Origin: TPA_inf: Saccharomyces
Taxonomy: Eukaryota
DNA length: 64,000 nucleotides
Assembly: GCA_000146045.2 (NCBI GenBank)
Contig: BK006938.2
Coordinates: 1,344,001 to 1,408,000 of the forward strand
Reading direction: 5' to 3'
Shown here: piece after piece, positions 10,829 to 22,263 of the stretch
Layout: each line of letters starts with the position of its first letter
Numbering within the stretch: the first letter of the stretch is position 1
The notes under the pieces: generated by a model
Told to the model about the DNA's origin: nothing
Database searches by the model: none
Seen by the model: the letters and a program-made list of their open reading frames with translations, nothing else
Position numbers and translations under genes: made by a program

Positions 10829-11553
10829 TTAGTTTCTCTTTCTGTAACGTCTGTCTCTTTGAGCGGAAACGTTGATGACAGATAATGGCAACTTCAAACC
10901 CAAAGATTTAACCAAGTCAGAGGTTTGGTTGTCAACGTTCAAAACACCGTTAGAACGAGACAAGTCCAAAGCAGAGACTTCTGGGACGTATTGATCCTTT
11001 CTTTCTCTTTCTTCTTCTTGCAATTTGAAAGAAATACCTCTAACTGGACCCTTTTGGATTCTTTTCATCAAATGAGTAGTGTAACCAGCAATCTTGTTTC
11101 TCAATCTCTTGGATTGGATAGTTGCAATTTCATCACAAAGTCTCTTGTTAGTTTGGAAATCCAAGGTCAACTTTGGATAGTAACGTTCAATCAAAGCCTT
11201 GGAGGCACGTTTGACGGTCTTGGTTCTAACTCTACCCTATAAAAATAGCAATAATCAAATGAGACAACTTAAGTTAGTAAATACCTCTCTTCAAGACCAT
11301 TGGATAAGATAGAATGTGCCATTCGAAAGCAATTGGTTATTTGGTGATCTTTTAAATATCTACTACTTCATTGAGCGCTCTTCTAAACTAATCAGTAATG
11401 GAGTTTTCTAATCTGCTCATAAATAAGAATGCCCTGCTGGTCCCCTCGTTCCCATAACGCTTTCAATCTCTCTGCAAACCTTGCCCTCATTTCATGTGTT
11501 CAGCGCCCAGTCCATCATATCCGGCTTCATCAACATCTCGTGGTACGTACCAT
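10829..11553 (-). CDS. RPS17B: Ribosomal protein S17 (eS17), spliced: exon 1 = ATG only (11551..11553), intron 11237..11550 (314 nt), exon 2 10829..11236; 136 aa
   Basis: On the minus strand the ATG is followed directly by GTACGT (5' splice site). The TACTAAC branch point is the reverse complement of 11274-11280. The 3' splice site is UAUAG|GGTAGAGTTAGAACC, giving [28 protein letters not shown]... The track ORF (10829..11194) covers only the exon 2 part that begins at an ATG-like start. Confidence 0.88.
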
Positions 11554-11837
11554 TTTTATCTGCTTTTTTCTTTATCTATTTATTCTTCTCTAGGTTATAC
11601 AACGCAAAATAAATAATTAATATGTAAAATATCTGTTTACTTGAAATTTACCCTTAACAGAGGTACTAACGGGAGGAAGGACTGGCCTTGCTCCGGTAGA
11701 CCTCGATGCCTGAACCTTCTCCCTCATCTCGAAACGGTACGACCTCTGAGAAAACGATATCAATCAATGCGCGTCTTCCAGATGAAATTCTTCGGAATGC
11801 CCATAATACGAAAAACTAACGATGGAAAAAATACTAT

Positions 11838-11875
11838 AAATGTATGGGTGTAATTTTAACCGAATGTATGGATGT
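11838..11875 (-). promoter_or_regulatory. Two tandem Rap1 binding sites about 290-320 bp upstream of the RPS17B ATG
   Basis: Plus strand AAATGTATGGGTGTA (11838-11852) is the reverse complement of TACACCCATACATTT, a perfect ACACCCRYACAYM match. AATGTATGGATGT (11863-11875) has one mismatch. This arrangement is typical of ribosomal-protein promoters. Confidence 0.55.
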
Positions 11876-12064
11876 TACAGGGAGCTTTATATATGTAGAA
11901 AATTCCAGACGTTCCAAACAAATAAGTGAAAATCAACACGATTGGGAAAGTACATGCCAGAGTTCGATGTTTAGGTTAATGATAAAAATAATTTTTCTCT
12001 AATCACCCTCCATTTTCGATAAAATATCAGCGTAGTCTGAAAATATATACATTAAGCAAAAAGA

Positions 12065-13369
12065 ATGTCAAACAAGTTTCACTGTGACGTTTGTTCAGCT
12101 GATTGCACGAACAGAGTGAGGGTTTCATGTGCTATTTGTCCCGAATACGACTTATGCGTGCCCTGCTTTTCACAAGGCTCGTATACAGGAAAGCATCGCC
12201 CTTACCATGATTATAGGATAATAGAGACCAATTCATACCCCATTCTCTGTCCTGATTGGGGTGCCGATGAAGAATTGCAGTTGATTAAAGGCGCACAGAC
12301 TTTAGGGCTCGGTAATTGGCAGGATATTGCTGACCATATAGGCAGCAGAGGCAAAGAAGAAGTTAAGGAACATTACCTAAAATATTATCTGGAAAGCAAA
12401 TACTATCCAATACCTGATATTACCCAAAATATACATGTCCCACAAGATGAATTTTTGGAACAGCGAAGGCATAGAATCGAGTCCTTCCGGGAGAGGCCGC
12501 TAGAGCCTCCAAGAAAGCCCATGGCATCGGTTCCTAGCTGCCATGAAGTACAGGGGTTTATGCCGGGCAGATTAGAATTTGAAACAGAATTCGAAAATGA
12601 AGCTGAAGGTCCCGTAAAGGATATGGTTTTTGAACCTGATGACCAGCCCTTAGACATTGAATTGAAGTTTGCCATCTTGGACATTTACAATTCTAGATTG
12701 ACAACCAGAGCAGAAAAGAAAAGGCTATTATTTGAAAACCATTTAATGGATTACAGAAAGTTGCAAGCTATTGACAAAAAGAGGAGCAAAGAAGCCAAAG
12801 AATTGTATAACCGCATAAAACCTTTTGCTCGTGTTATGACTGCACAGGATTTTGAGGAATTTAGCAAGGATATATTAGAAGAATTGCATTGCAGGGCAAG
12901 AATACAGCAATTACAAGAATGGAGAAGCAATGGGTTAACCACGTTAGAAGCAGGTCTTAAGTATGAACGAGATAAGCAAGCTAGAATTAGCAGTTTCGAG
13001 AAATTTGGCGCTTCTACGGCGGCGTCACTCAGTGAGGGCAATAGCCGTTATAGGTCGAATTCTGCACATAGGTCGAACGCAGAATACAGCCAAAACTACA
13101 GCGAAAATGGCGGTAGAAAGAAAAATATGACCATTAGCGATATACAGCATGCACCTGACTATGCACTGTTGTCCAACGACGAGCAGCAACTTTGTATTCA
13201 ACTGAAAATTTTACCTAAACCGTATCTCGTTCTAAAAGAGGTAATGTTCAGAGAACTGTTGAAGACTGGGGGTAATCTAAGCAAAAGCGCATGTAGGGAA
13301 CTACTTAATATAGACCCCATAAAAGCGAATAGAATATACGATTTTTTCCAGAGCCAGAATTGGATGTAA
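12065..13369 (+). CDS. ADA2: SAGA/ADA transcriptional adaptor Ada2 (ZZ finger + SANT), 434 aa
   Basis: MSNKFHCDVCSADCTNRVRVSCAICPEYDLCVPCFSQG... is a ZZ zinc finger. Length 434 aa; YDR448W. Confidence 0.93.
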   Translation: MSNKFHCDVCSADCTNRVRVSCAICPEYDLCVPCFSQGSYTGKHRPYHDYRIIETNSYPILCPDWGADEELQLIKGAQTLGLGNWQDIADHIGSRGKEEVKEHYLKYYLESKYYPIPDITQNIHVPQDEFLEQRRHRIESFRERPLEPPRKPMASVPSCHEVQGFMPGRLEFETEFENEAEGPVKDMVFEPDDQPLDIELKFAILDIYNSRLTTRAEKKRLLFENHLMDYRKLQAIDKKRSKEAKELYNRIKPFARVMTAQDFEEFSKDILEELHCRARIQQLQEWRSNGLTTLEAGLKYERDKQARISSFEKFGASTAASLSEGNSRYRSNSAHRSNAEYSQNYSENGGRKKNMTISDIQHAPDYALLSNDEQQLCIQLKILPKPYLVLKEVMFRELLKTGGNLSKSACRELLNIDPIKANRIYDFFQSQNWM

Positions 13370-13471
13370 CAAAAAAAAAATTGAAAAGTAACTACAATTG
13401 TCACTAGTTATTATTGGCCAAGTCATAAAGGGACCTTGTCTCGATTTTATATACCGTATATCGGTTCTTTC

Positions 13472-13474
<3 letters not shown>

Positions 13475-13509
<35 letters not shown>
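13475..13509. repeat. Uninterrupted poly(dT)35 / poly(dA)35 homopolymer in the convergent ADA2-UTP6 3' intergenic region
   Basis: By direct count, positions 13475-13509 are all T. Confidence 0.95.
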
Positions 13510-13510
<1 letters not shown>

Positions 13511-13579
13511 GTTGTAATATTAAAAGAATAAACATTTATCTGATATGTAATTGCATTTATAAAATGTACAGTACCGCAT

Positions 13580-14902
13580 TTAAAGTTTGCTGATAATTAA
13601 ATCTAGAATTTTATACCTAGGATCATCTTCTGCATTCATCTTTTTCAAATAATTGTCTTGTAAATATGAACGATACTCATTTTTCAATGACTTCACCGAT
13701 GCGCTATCCAATTTCGATATATATGCAAAATACTTCTTAACAGACAATTGTAATTGATCAATATCGAGTTTCTCAACTGGCATATATCTGATATTTAGAG
13801 TGATGTCAATCATTACTGTTTTCAAATACAATTCTGGTAGATCCTTACGGAGCGAAAGGTCATACATGTCATTTTTCCAAAACTGCAACACGTGATTGAT
13901 AAGATAGTCTCTTTCCAAGTCTAAAAATTCATCAAATAGTTTAATATACCTTAGTGACTCACTGAATAGGTAATTCAAGGTCTCCTTATTTAGTTCAATA
14001 TTCATTTTGGAATCTGAGATGGCATAGTAACCCTTATGCTTATTAATATAATGCTTGCCCAAAGTCTTCATACACACATCGAAAATAGTTAATGCAATGT
14101 CACCGCGTAATGCTGGGTTGGTCTCTGCATTACCTAGTACGCTGATGTCTGCCTCTGGTAACTCGTTTAATTTATCTTTCATTGAATCACCAGTGGATGG
14201 AACTTGTAAATGAGATTTTTCTTCGTCGGGGGCTTGGTTATTCTTTTGTTCATTTTGCATGTCGAGCTCCTGCTCTCTTTCATTGATTAAACCCATCACT
14301 TTTCTTCTGTTAATCAACTTAGTGATGAAATTCAGCTCGAATTTTACATATTCATACCATAGCTTAGGCACATCAGGGTTAAACCTCAACCCATTCTGAA
14401 AAATATTTCTACAACTCTTGAAGTTAGCATGAACTTCATATTCGTATTTCGCACAACTAATCCAAATGTCCACATTCGTTGGGTGCAACTTTAGAAGCTG
14501 ATTATAAATGTTGTGAATTTTTTTGTATGATGTTTGGTTACCTCTCGCTTTCATGTAGTTCAAATACATTGCCCAAAACTTTAAATCTTGTGGAAATTTG
14601 TTCGTTCCTCTTTGATAAATAAAACCTATTCTTTGTTGAATAGACCAATCAGATAGACTGTTCGTCTTTTTAACCTGTAAGATTCTCTTACACCGCTTGG
14701 CACGTAATTTATTGACGTTACTTTCATAGTTAATGTATTTTATATAGTCATTTATGCTAGACCCTCTGGAATTTAATCTATGCTCAAAATCAGTTCTTTT
14801 CTTCATAATTAATGAAACTTCATTTTTAGTGAATAGTCCTTTCTCCACCAAGTCATCCATTTCAGGAATACATTGTTCCAAATAGTATCTTGTCTTCGAC
14901 AT
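13580..14902 (-). CDS. UTP6: SSU processome component (HAT repeats), 440 aa
   Basis: A 440-aa ORF ([29 protein letters not shown]...) matching YDR449C. Confidence 0.9.
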
Positions 14903-15922
14903 TATTAGAAATCGGTGATGTGTGTATCTCTGGTCAATTTCACAATGTTATGCCCTTAGATATGTGTTTATTCACGTTCACTGTGTGTTCCTGATATTTA
15001 GCTCATCGCCCAGATCTTTCTAAAAAATTTTCAAGAGAATACCCGGATGAAAAAGCGTGTTCGGATTCCCATCACTTAATGAAGCTTATATCTGACAGCG
15101 CAGGAAAAGCACAAAATAGAACCTAGCCACTTCGCGTAAAAGCTCATAATGTTAACGATATAGTAATATTTTGACGCATCGAACTTTATCACCCGCAGCA
15201 TAAAGTACTGATACTACAAGTTTTTTTCGTTATTCTTACCGGTATTGCGCTAAAGCAGTTTTGCACCTGAAAACAAGTAAAAATAGGACTTGAAAAAATT
15301 AAATAGCATACATGTATAATATAATCTTGATCACGGCAAGTGTTTCAATAGAGATGTGGTTATAATTTGTCACTTGTGCAGTCAATACCTTAAATTAACT
15401 TTTACAAAGTATTTTTTTTAAACGGCCCATGAGCATAAATTGAGAACGATATTATTAATTCTAGTATATTTTAGGAACAGCAGGCCATTATATCCAAAAC
15501 TTTTTTAAAATAGCATCCACATCACTTACTGGCGTACAGTTTCGTGTCTGGCAACAAAAAAGTACATTTAATTTCAATGATTAAAAAGACATTAAACATC
15601 CGTACATTACGCACCCATGCATGCTATCTGAAAATATTCTACATGCTGCTTTTAGAAATTTGAAGCGGCATATGGTGTTTCCTTGCGGAGACGCGCGCTC
15701 AGGGGAACTGCGATTCCGAAAGATGCCTTTCCCAGTCCCATATGCCCATCCCAAGATCATGCCCGGGAGAGCAAATGTCGCCCCAGCCAGGTCGGACACA
15801 TCTGTCATTCGACCACTAAGTATTGTCAAAGCTAGGGTTAATTGAAGATAGCTCTACATGTTATTAGTAGAGTTTTTAAACGTTGAGATACTAGTGAACG
15901 TATACACAAGAGCGGATAAAAG

Positions 15923-16798
15923 ATGTCTTTAGTTGTCCAAGAACAAGGTTCCTTCCAACACATTTTACGGTATGTTTATTATTACTAGTGAGCTATGACA
16001 AAATCGGCTAAAAACTTAAAAATATGACAGACAAGAAAGGAAATTCATTCACCTCTTTAATCGTGGCGATTATTCGCTAACGACGTGATTAAATATAATA
16101 ATGATGTTCCCGGGCTGGACTAAGAACGTAATAATAAGGCTGATGAACAAATTTATGGTTTATGCATCAAAAAGGAACATGAATTTGGCATAAGCGCACA
16201 TAATTACGGAACATTGCAATAGCGGTCGGAGGTAAAGTACCGGGAATGCTTTACAATGAATCAGCTATTGGCGGATATTGACCAACCAACACTAAAATTT
16301 TATATCCTGCTCCGATTTTTGTCTTGGCCGTGAAATCCATTATGCACATTTTTTACTAACGTTTATCAATAAGTTCGGTTTCCCGTCTAAATTTTTTTAC
16401 GCAGTTTGTTGAACACTAACGTTGACGGTAACATTAAGATCGTTTACGCTTTGACCACTATCAAGGGTGTTGGTCGTCGTTACTCCAACTTGGTCTGTAA
16501 GAAGGCTGATGTTGATTTACACAAGAGAGCTGGTGAATTGACCCAAGAAGAATTGGAAAGAATTGTTCAAATTATGCAAAACCCAACTCACTACAAAATC
16601 CCAGCTTGGTTCTTGAACCGTCAAAATGACATCACTGATGGTAAGGACTACCACACTTTGGCTAACAACGTCGAATCCAAATTGAGAGATGACTTGGAAA
16701 GATTAAAGAAAATCAGAGCTCATCGTGGTATCAGACACTTCTGGGGTTTGCGTGTTAGAGGTCAACACACCAAGACCACTGGTAGAAGAAGAGCTTAA
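15923..16798 (+). CDS. RPS18A: Ribosomal protein S18 (uS13), spliced: exon 1 15923..15969, intron 15970..16404 (435 nt), exon 2 16405..16798; 146 aa
   Basis: Exon 1 is ATGTCTTTAGTTGTCCAAGAACAAGGTTCCTTCCAACACATTTTACG, followed by GTATGT. TACTAAC lies at 16346-16352 and the 3' splice site is TTTTTTACGCAG|TTTGTTGAACACTAAC. The result is [42 protein letters not shown]... The track ORF starts at a TTG just inside exon 2. Confidence 0.9.
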
Positions 16799-17119
16799 AC
16801 TGATAAGATTATTCAAGCTTAATCTTTTTTGTACGAGTACATATATTTCCATAGCACTTCCTAATTGACTTTTTTTTAAAATAAATAAAGAAAAGAAAAT
16901 TAATTTTGTGACCATAATTTCAACTTGCCTTTTTTTTGTACAGGGTTTCAGGGATAAATGGACCCTTGAAAGAATATAATATTACATCTCTATATAGATT
17001 TATGAAACAGGCCGCTTTAAATCTAAAAAAAAACGTTGGTGTAGTCTCAGTCATTACTTTGTGTAGTTTTTGTTAATATTGATAGCATCAGTGCTCAAGA
17101 AAATAAACACTGAGAAAGA

Positions 17120-18181
17120 TTAGTTTTTGAAAGAATTGAGATCGACCTCCCCAAGGGGTTTTCTTTCGTATGCATTGAACTTTAGGCGGTTTTCCTTGCC
17201 TTTAGGACTTTTGATAATCTCGCTATGACCGGTATTTGATAATGTTCTCTTAACAAGCACAGATTTCCTGTGGAACTTGAGCTGTCCGCCGGGCTTGCAA
17301 GGCGTTATGTGGTGGTCTTCGAAGATCGAGGACGTATTGGCAGGTGAAGTTTTCAGCAACTCTGCAGTAATAGCCTCCTTCGTACTCGTTGGCGTAGAGG
17401 TAATTTCCAACGCAGCGTCTGAGTAAGATATCATAGACATCGAATCATTAGAGTGAACTTTGCAATGGCTGGTGTTGCCACTGTTCTTGTGCTTTTTAGC
17501 AGCCTGCCTTTTGTTCTGAAACCATATTTGAACCGATTTTTCGGACATATTACATTGCTCGGATAACTCTATCCTTTTAGCCTTATTGGGCGTGGGACAT
17601 TCGTCAAATGCTGTTTGCAATATCCCAAGCTCATATGATGAAGTTCTTCTTCTTTTCCGACGAGCTAACCGAGCATTGTCTATCTTAGGCTCCTTCTTTG
17701 GAAAAGTTTCCTGTGAGTGTGTAATAAAGGCAAATGACCTTTTCTTTTCTTTTCTTGTGGTTGGTGTGAGAACAGCCTTTGCAGCAGATAGAGGAGTAAG
17801 AATATTAACTTTTTTATAAGAGTGCATACTCTGAGGTGGCTGCTCTTTAGAACAGACTCTGACCGTTGGCGTGAATGGTGAATGAGAGCTCAGCTTCTTG
17901 GGCTTGGATAAAGGCGTCATGGAAGTGGTTACACGTTGTGATAAGAAATCCACAGCCTGTGGACTTTTCCTTTTTGGCCTTTCCTCATCGCAAGGACTTT
18001 TATAAATATTTACCACTGGTCTCACAATGTGCGCAGATGCAGCTAATGGTGGCAACCTGATGTCACCTTGGTCATCACTAGGGAAGTTTGTATTTGGCAA
18101 AGTATGCAGTTGGAAAGGCGAATTAGAAGTACCTGTAATAATGTTTGGTAAAGAAGGAAGCACGGTATTTCTGCTTTCCAT
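17120..18181 (-). CDS. YHP1: Homeobox transcriptional repressor, 353 aa
   Basis: The homeodomain [57 protein letters not shown]. Length 353 aa; YDR451C; paralog of YOX1. Confidence 0.88.
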
Positions 18182-18877
18182 GTTATATATATACGATATT
18201 TTGTGTTATTGTTATTTCCCTACAAATGCTAGTTACACTGGCTGGCGAGGGTAAAGAAGAAGATAATACGAATTATAATCTACGTTGGCAAGATCGGGAG
18301 GACGCCATATATATATTTATAAACATTCATCTGTGTGATCCAGATCAAACAAATAAACAATGAGTAAACGAAAAATCTGGCTGAAATGTCTCATGCTATT
18401 AACCCAATTCAGCATTGATATTAAAAATACCGACGTATCCCTGCACGGAAAGCGCGTCTGATGTTTACCATTCCGGGTTTTTGGCGCGCGTCATGTCCAA
18501 ATTAGGACGTGGTTTATAGCCGAAAGAGGAAATGTGATCTGCCCACCTGTGCGGCCCTTCTCTGAGCGTTTCGAGCAGGATGCATAATATGCTCCCTTCG
18601 TACGGTAGAGGACAAATATGACCATTACCCGACTATTGAGGACATATGTCGTTATTAGAATTTAGCACCTTTAAAGTTATATTGCACTTTTAATTACCAA
18701 GATTCATTTGAGAGTGTAAAGGGTTTTATGGTAGAATACAAGTCAGAAGAAGGCTAAAATCAACAGATCAATATTTTTTTTGGTTGTTGGGTTGGAGAAT
18801 TATAAAGTTTTTTTGATCTCCTTGTCTCCAGCTATTGTTTTCATTGAGTAGGGGTAGAGCTAGTTAGCTGCTTTTCG

Positions 18878-20902
18878 ATGGTTGTAGTGGGTAAGAGTGA
18901 AGTGCGCAATGTAAGCATGAGTAGGCCGAAGAAGAAATCATTGATTGCCATCCTGTCGACCTGTGTTTTGTTTTTCCTCGTGTTTATAATTGGTGCTAAA
19001 TTTCAATATGTTTCCGTTTTCTCCAAATTCTTAGATGACAGGGGGGACAACGAGTCACTTCAATTGCTCAATGACATAGAATTTACAAGGCTAGGACTGA
19101 CACCTAGGGAGCCAGTAATTATCAAAGACGTAAAGACAGGGAAGGAGAGAAAATTACATGGACGGTTCCTTCATATTACCGATATTCATCCTGACCCTTA
19201 TTATGTGGAAGGAAGCTCTATTGATGCAGTTTGTCACACAGGAAAACCAAGCAAAAAAAAGGATGTGGCACCCAAGTTTGGGAAGGCAATGTCTGGATGT
19301 GATTCTCCCGTTATTTTAATGGAAGAAACTCTGAGATGGATTAAAGAAAATCTTAGAGATAAGATTGATTTTGTCATTTGGACGGGTGATAATATCAGAC
19401 ATGACAATGACCGGAAACATCCAAGAACAGAAGCACAAATTTTTGATATGAACAATATCGTTGCTGATAAAATGACAGAATTATTTAGTGCTGGCAATGA
19501 AGAAGATCCAAGAGATTTTGATGTGTCTGTCATTCCAAGTCTTGGAAACAATGATGTCTTTCCACATAACATGTTTGCACTAGGACCAACTCTACAAACT
19601 AGAGAATATTATAGGATTTGGAAAAATTTTGTTCCGCAGCAGCAGCAAAGAACTTTTGATAGGAGTGCTTCATTTTTGACTGAAGTTATTCCAGGGAAGC
19701 TTGCTGTCCTGTCAATTAACACGCTGTACTTATTCAAGGCCAATCCGTTAGTTGACAATTGTAATTCAAAAAAAGAACCAGGTTACCAACTTTTACTTTG
19801 GTTCGGTTATGTATTAGAAGAACTAAGGAGTAGGGGAATGAAAGTATGGTTAAGTGGACATGTACCTCCAATCGCAAAAAATTTCGATCAGTCGTGCTAC
19901 GATAAGTTCACGCTATGGACTCACGAATACAGGGATATAATCATTGGAGGATTATACGGTCACATGAATATTGACCACTTCATCCCAACGGATGGTAAAA
20001 AAGCTAGAAAATCGTTATTGAAAGCCATGGAGCAATCCACTCGTGTTCAACAAGGAGAAGACAGTAATGAAGAGGACGAAGAAACTGAATTGAATAGAAT
20101 TCTGGATCACGCTATGGCGGCAAAAGAAGTTTTTTTAATGGGAGCGAAACCATCTAACAAAGAAGCATATATGAACACCGTCCGCGACACATACTATCGG
20201 AAAGTGTGGAATAAGCTGGAAAGAGTGGATGAAAAAAATGTTGAAAATGAGAAGAAAAAGAAAGAAAAGAAGGACAAAAAAAAGAAAAAGCCAATCACTA
20301 GAAAAGAGCTCATTGAACGCTATTCCATTGTGAACATAGGTGGTTCAGTCATTCCAACTTTCAATCCTTCCTTTAGGATCTGGGAATATAACATCACCGA
20401 CATAGTGAATGACTCCAATTTTGCAGTTTCGGAGTATAAGCCCTGGGATGAATTTTTCGAGTCACTAAATAAGATTATGGAAGACTCTTTGCTAGAAGAT
20501 GAAATGGACAGCAGTAATATCGAGGTTGGGATCAACCGCGAGAAGATGGGCGAAAAGAAAAACAAGAAGAAAAAGAAAAATGACAAGACTATGCCAATTG
20601 AGATGCCAGACAAATACGAACTCGGCCCTGCATATGTACCGCAGTTATTCACTCCGACGCGTTTCGTCCAATTCTACGCCGACTTGGAAAAAATCAATCA
20701 AGAATTACATAATTCATTTGTTGAATCTAAGGATATTTTCAGGTATGAGATAGAATATACCTCAGACGAGAAACCATACTCAATGGATTCGTTAACAGTA
20801 GGAAGTTATTTGGATCTTGCAGGCAGATTATACGAAAACAAACCTGCATGGGAAAAATACGTCGAATGGTCATTTGCGTCTTCTGGATATAAAGATGATT
20901 AA
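18878..20902 (+). CDS. PPN1: Vacuolar endopolyphosphatase, 674 aa
   Basis: A 674-aa ORF with an N-terminal transmembrane segment and a K/E-rich insert, matching YDR452W (PHM5). Confidence 0.88.
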   Translation: MVVVGKSEVRNVSMSRPKKKSLIAILSTCVLFFLVFIIGAKFQYVSVFSKFLDDRGDNESLQLLNDIEFTRLGLTPREPVIIKDVKTGKERKLHGRFLHITDIHPDPYYVEGSSIDAVCHTGKPSKKKDVAPKFGKAMSGCDSPVILMEETLRWIKENLRDKIDFVIWTGDNIRHDNDRKHPRTEAQIFDMNNIVADKMTELFSAGNEEDPRDFDVSVIPSLGNNDVFPHNMFALGPTLQTREYYRIWKNFVPQQQQRTFDRSASFLTEVIPGKLAVLSINTLYLFKANPLVDNCNSKKEPGYQLLLWFGYVLEELRSRGMKVWLSGHVPPIAKNFDQSCYDKFTLWTHEYRDIIIGGLYGHMNIDHFIPTDGKKARKSLLKAMEQSTRVQQGEDSNEEDEETELNRILDHAMAAKEVFLMGAKPSNKEAYMNTVRDTYYRKVWNKLERVDEKNVENEKKKKEKKDKKKKKPITRKELIERYSIVNIGGSVIPTFNPSFRIWEYNITDIVNDSNFAVSEYKPWDEFFESLNKIMEDSLLEDEMDSSNIEVGINREKMGEKKNKKKKKNDKTMPIEMPDKYELGPAYVPQLFTPTRFVQFYADLEKINQELHNSFVESKDIFRYEIEYTSDEKPYSMDSLTVGSYLDLAGRLYENKPAWEKYVEWSFASSGYKDD

Positions 20903-21071
20903 GTTAATATACACATAGAAATGCATATCATTCTTCAATTACAGTTTCTTTTTCTTTTGTTACACTATTCTTTCAAGTCAATTTCATAATAATACAAAAC
21001 CATCTTTCTTATCATATATAGGGTGATGTATTTTTAATTATTTAATAGGGCCTAGCGTTATCGTGCGAAGA

Positions 21072-21662
21072 TTAATTATTGGCATTTTTGAAATACTCCT
21101 TGGAATCTTTAACGTCAGGTTTGATGGTGGCGGCTCCTGGGGTCCAGTTGCATGGCAAAACTGTACCATTTTTGTCAGTCCACTGGAAACCTTCGACTAA
21201 TCTCAAAGCTTCATTGACGTTTCTGCCAACAGATAAATCATTGATAGTGATATGTCTAATGATTCCCTTCGGGTCGATTATGAACAAACCTCTTAAAGCT
21301 ATACCTTCTTTTTCAATCAAAACGCCATAGTCTCTGGATAAGGAATGATTCTTATCAGCAAGCAAAGGAACTTTAACTGGACCTAATCCACCGTCTTTTC
21401 TGGGAAGGTTGGTCCATGCCAGTAAGGAATATTCAGAGTCGGTGGAGGCAAATAAAACTTGGGCGCCCTGATCTTCGAATTTCTTGGCGGCATCGGAAAA
21501 CGCAACAATCTCAGTTGGACAGACAAATGAAAAAGCCAATGGGACAAAAGCTAGAACAACGTACTTACCTTTATACTTTTCCAGTGAAATTTCCTCGAAG
21601 ATACCGTCGACTACGGCGGTTTTCTTAAATGGTGGGGCTTGTTTTTGAACTTCTGCTACCAT
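21072..21662 (-). CDS. TSA2: Stress-inducible thioredoxin peroxidase (2-Cys peroxiredoxin), 196 aa
   Basis: [52 protein letters not shown]... contains the peroxidatic Cys motif FVCPTE. The true ATG is at 21660-21662; the track extension starts at a TTG. Position matches YDR453C. Confidence 0.9.
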   Translation of the reverse strand: MVAEVQKQAPPFKKTAVVDGIFEEISLEKYKGKYVVLAFVPLAFSFVCPTEIVAFSDAAKKFEDQGAQVLFASTDSEYSLLAWTNLPRKDGGLGPVKVPLLADKNHSLSRDYGVLIEKEGIALRGLFIIDPKGIIRHITINDLSVGRNVNEALRLVEGFQWTDKNGTVLPCNWTPGAATIKPDVKDSKEYFKNANN

Positions 21663-21924
21663 GATTGGTTTTTTACGTTCTTGTAAGGCTAATATATTCT
21701 TGAGCAAAAAACAGTAATAGTGTTCACTTTGGATATTTCAAGATAAACAATGTAAGTAGCAAAAAACAATCGAAATTACAAAATATATTCTTACAATCGT
21801 CTGCTCTAAATACGTTAATCTAAATCTCATCCATAGTTGATCCTTGATTACTCGGGTAACAAACACCTTAGCAGATGTGTAAGAGAAAGGAGAGCCTCGC
21901 CCGCTCCTAAACGACGCCAATTGT

Positions 21925-22135
21925 AAGGGGGGATCAGCCCTTCCAACCCCCAATGACTAAAACTTGTAAACTAGAGGGGCGCATATAGTTAAGATAATCA
22001 GATACTGGCCCAATATGATATTGTCTAGATCTTGAGGATGACCAACCAACAGATTCCTGGCCACAGTATCCGTGGTCATTGATTTTGGCACTTGGAAATT
22101 CAAGAGATGGTTCTAGTCGTCGTAGCGCTTACTAA
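21925..22135 (-). promoter_or_regulatory. TSA2 upstream region containing two STRE-like AGGGG elements and one Yap1-type TTACTAA element
   Basis: AAGGGGGG at 21925-21932, AGGGG at 21975-21979 and TTACTAA at 22129-22135. This is consistent with the known Msn2/4 and Yap1/Skn7 control of TSA2. The motifs are short, so this is a prediction only. Confidence 0.35.
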
Positions 22136-22263
22136 CAAAAAAAACTAGCATAAGCCCGTTGAGAACTTTTACACTATATTAATTGAATAATTGGACGTTT
22201 TGTCGCTTTGCGACAGCACTCTCCTACCAGGTACATACTTAGTAATGTCTATATAGGGCTACA

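Noticed and set aside
11641-11853. 70-aa + ORF in the RPS17B/ADA2 divergent promoter; also 15581-15845 small ORFs in the UTP6/RPS18A promoter
   Set aside because: They overlap the Rap1-site promoter regions and have no codon-bias signal or homology. The 15621 ORF relies on a non-ATG start in the track.
22129-22135. TACTAAC-containing sequence near the GUK1 3' end, considered as a possible intron branch point
   Set aside because: There is no upstream GTATGT or ORF context. TTACTAA here is better explained as a Yap1-type element in the TSA2 upstream region.
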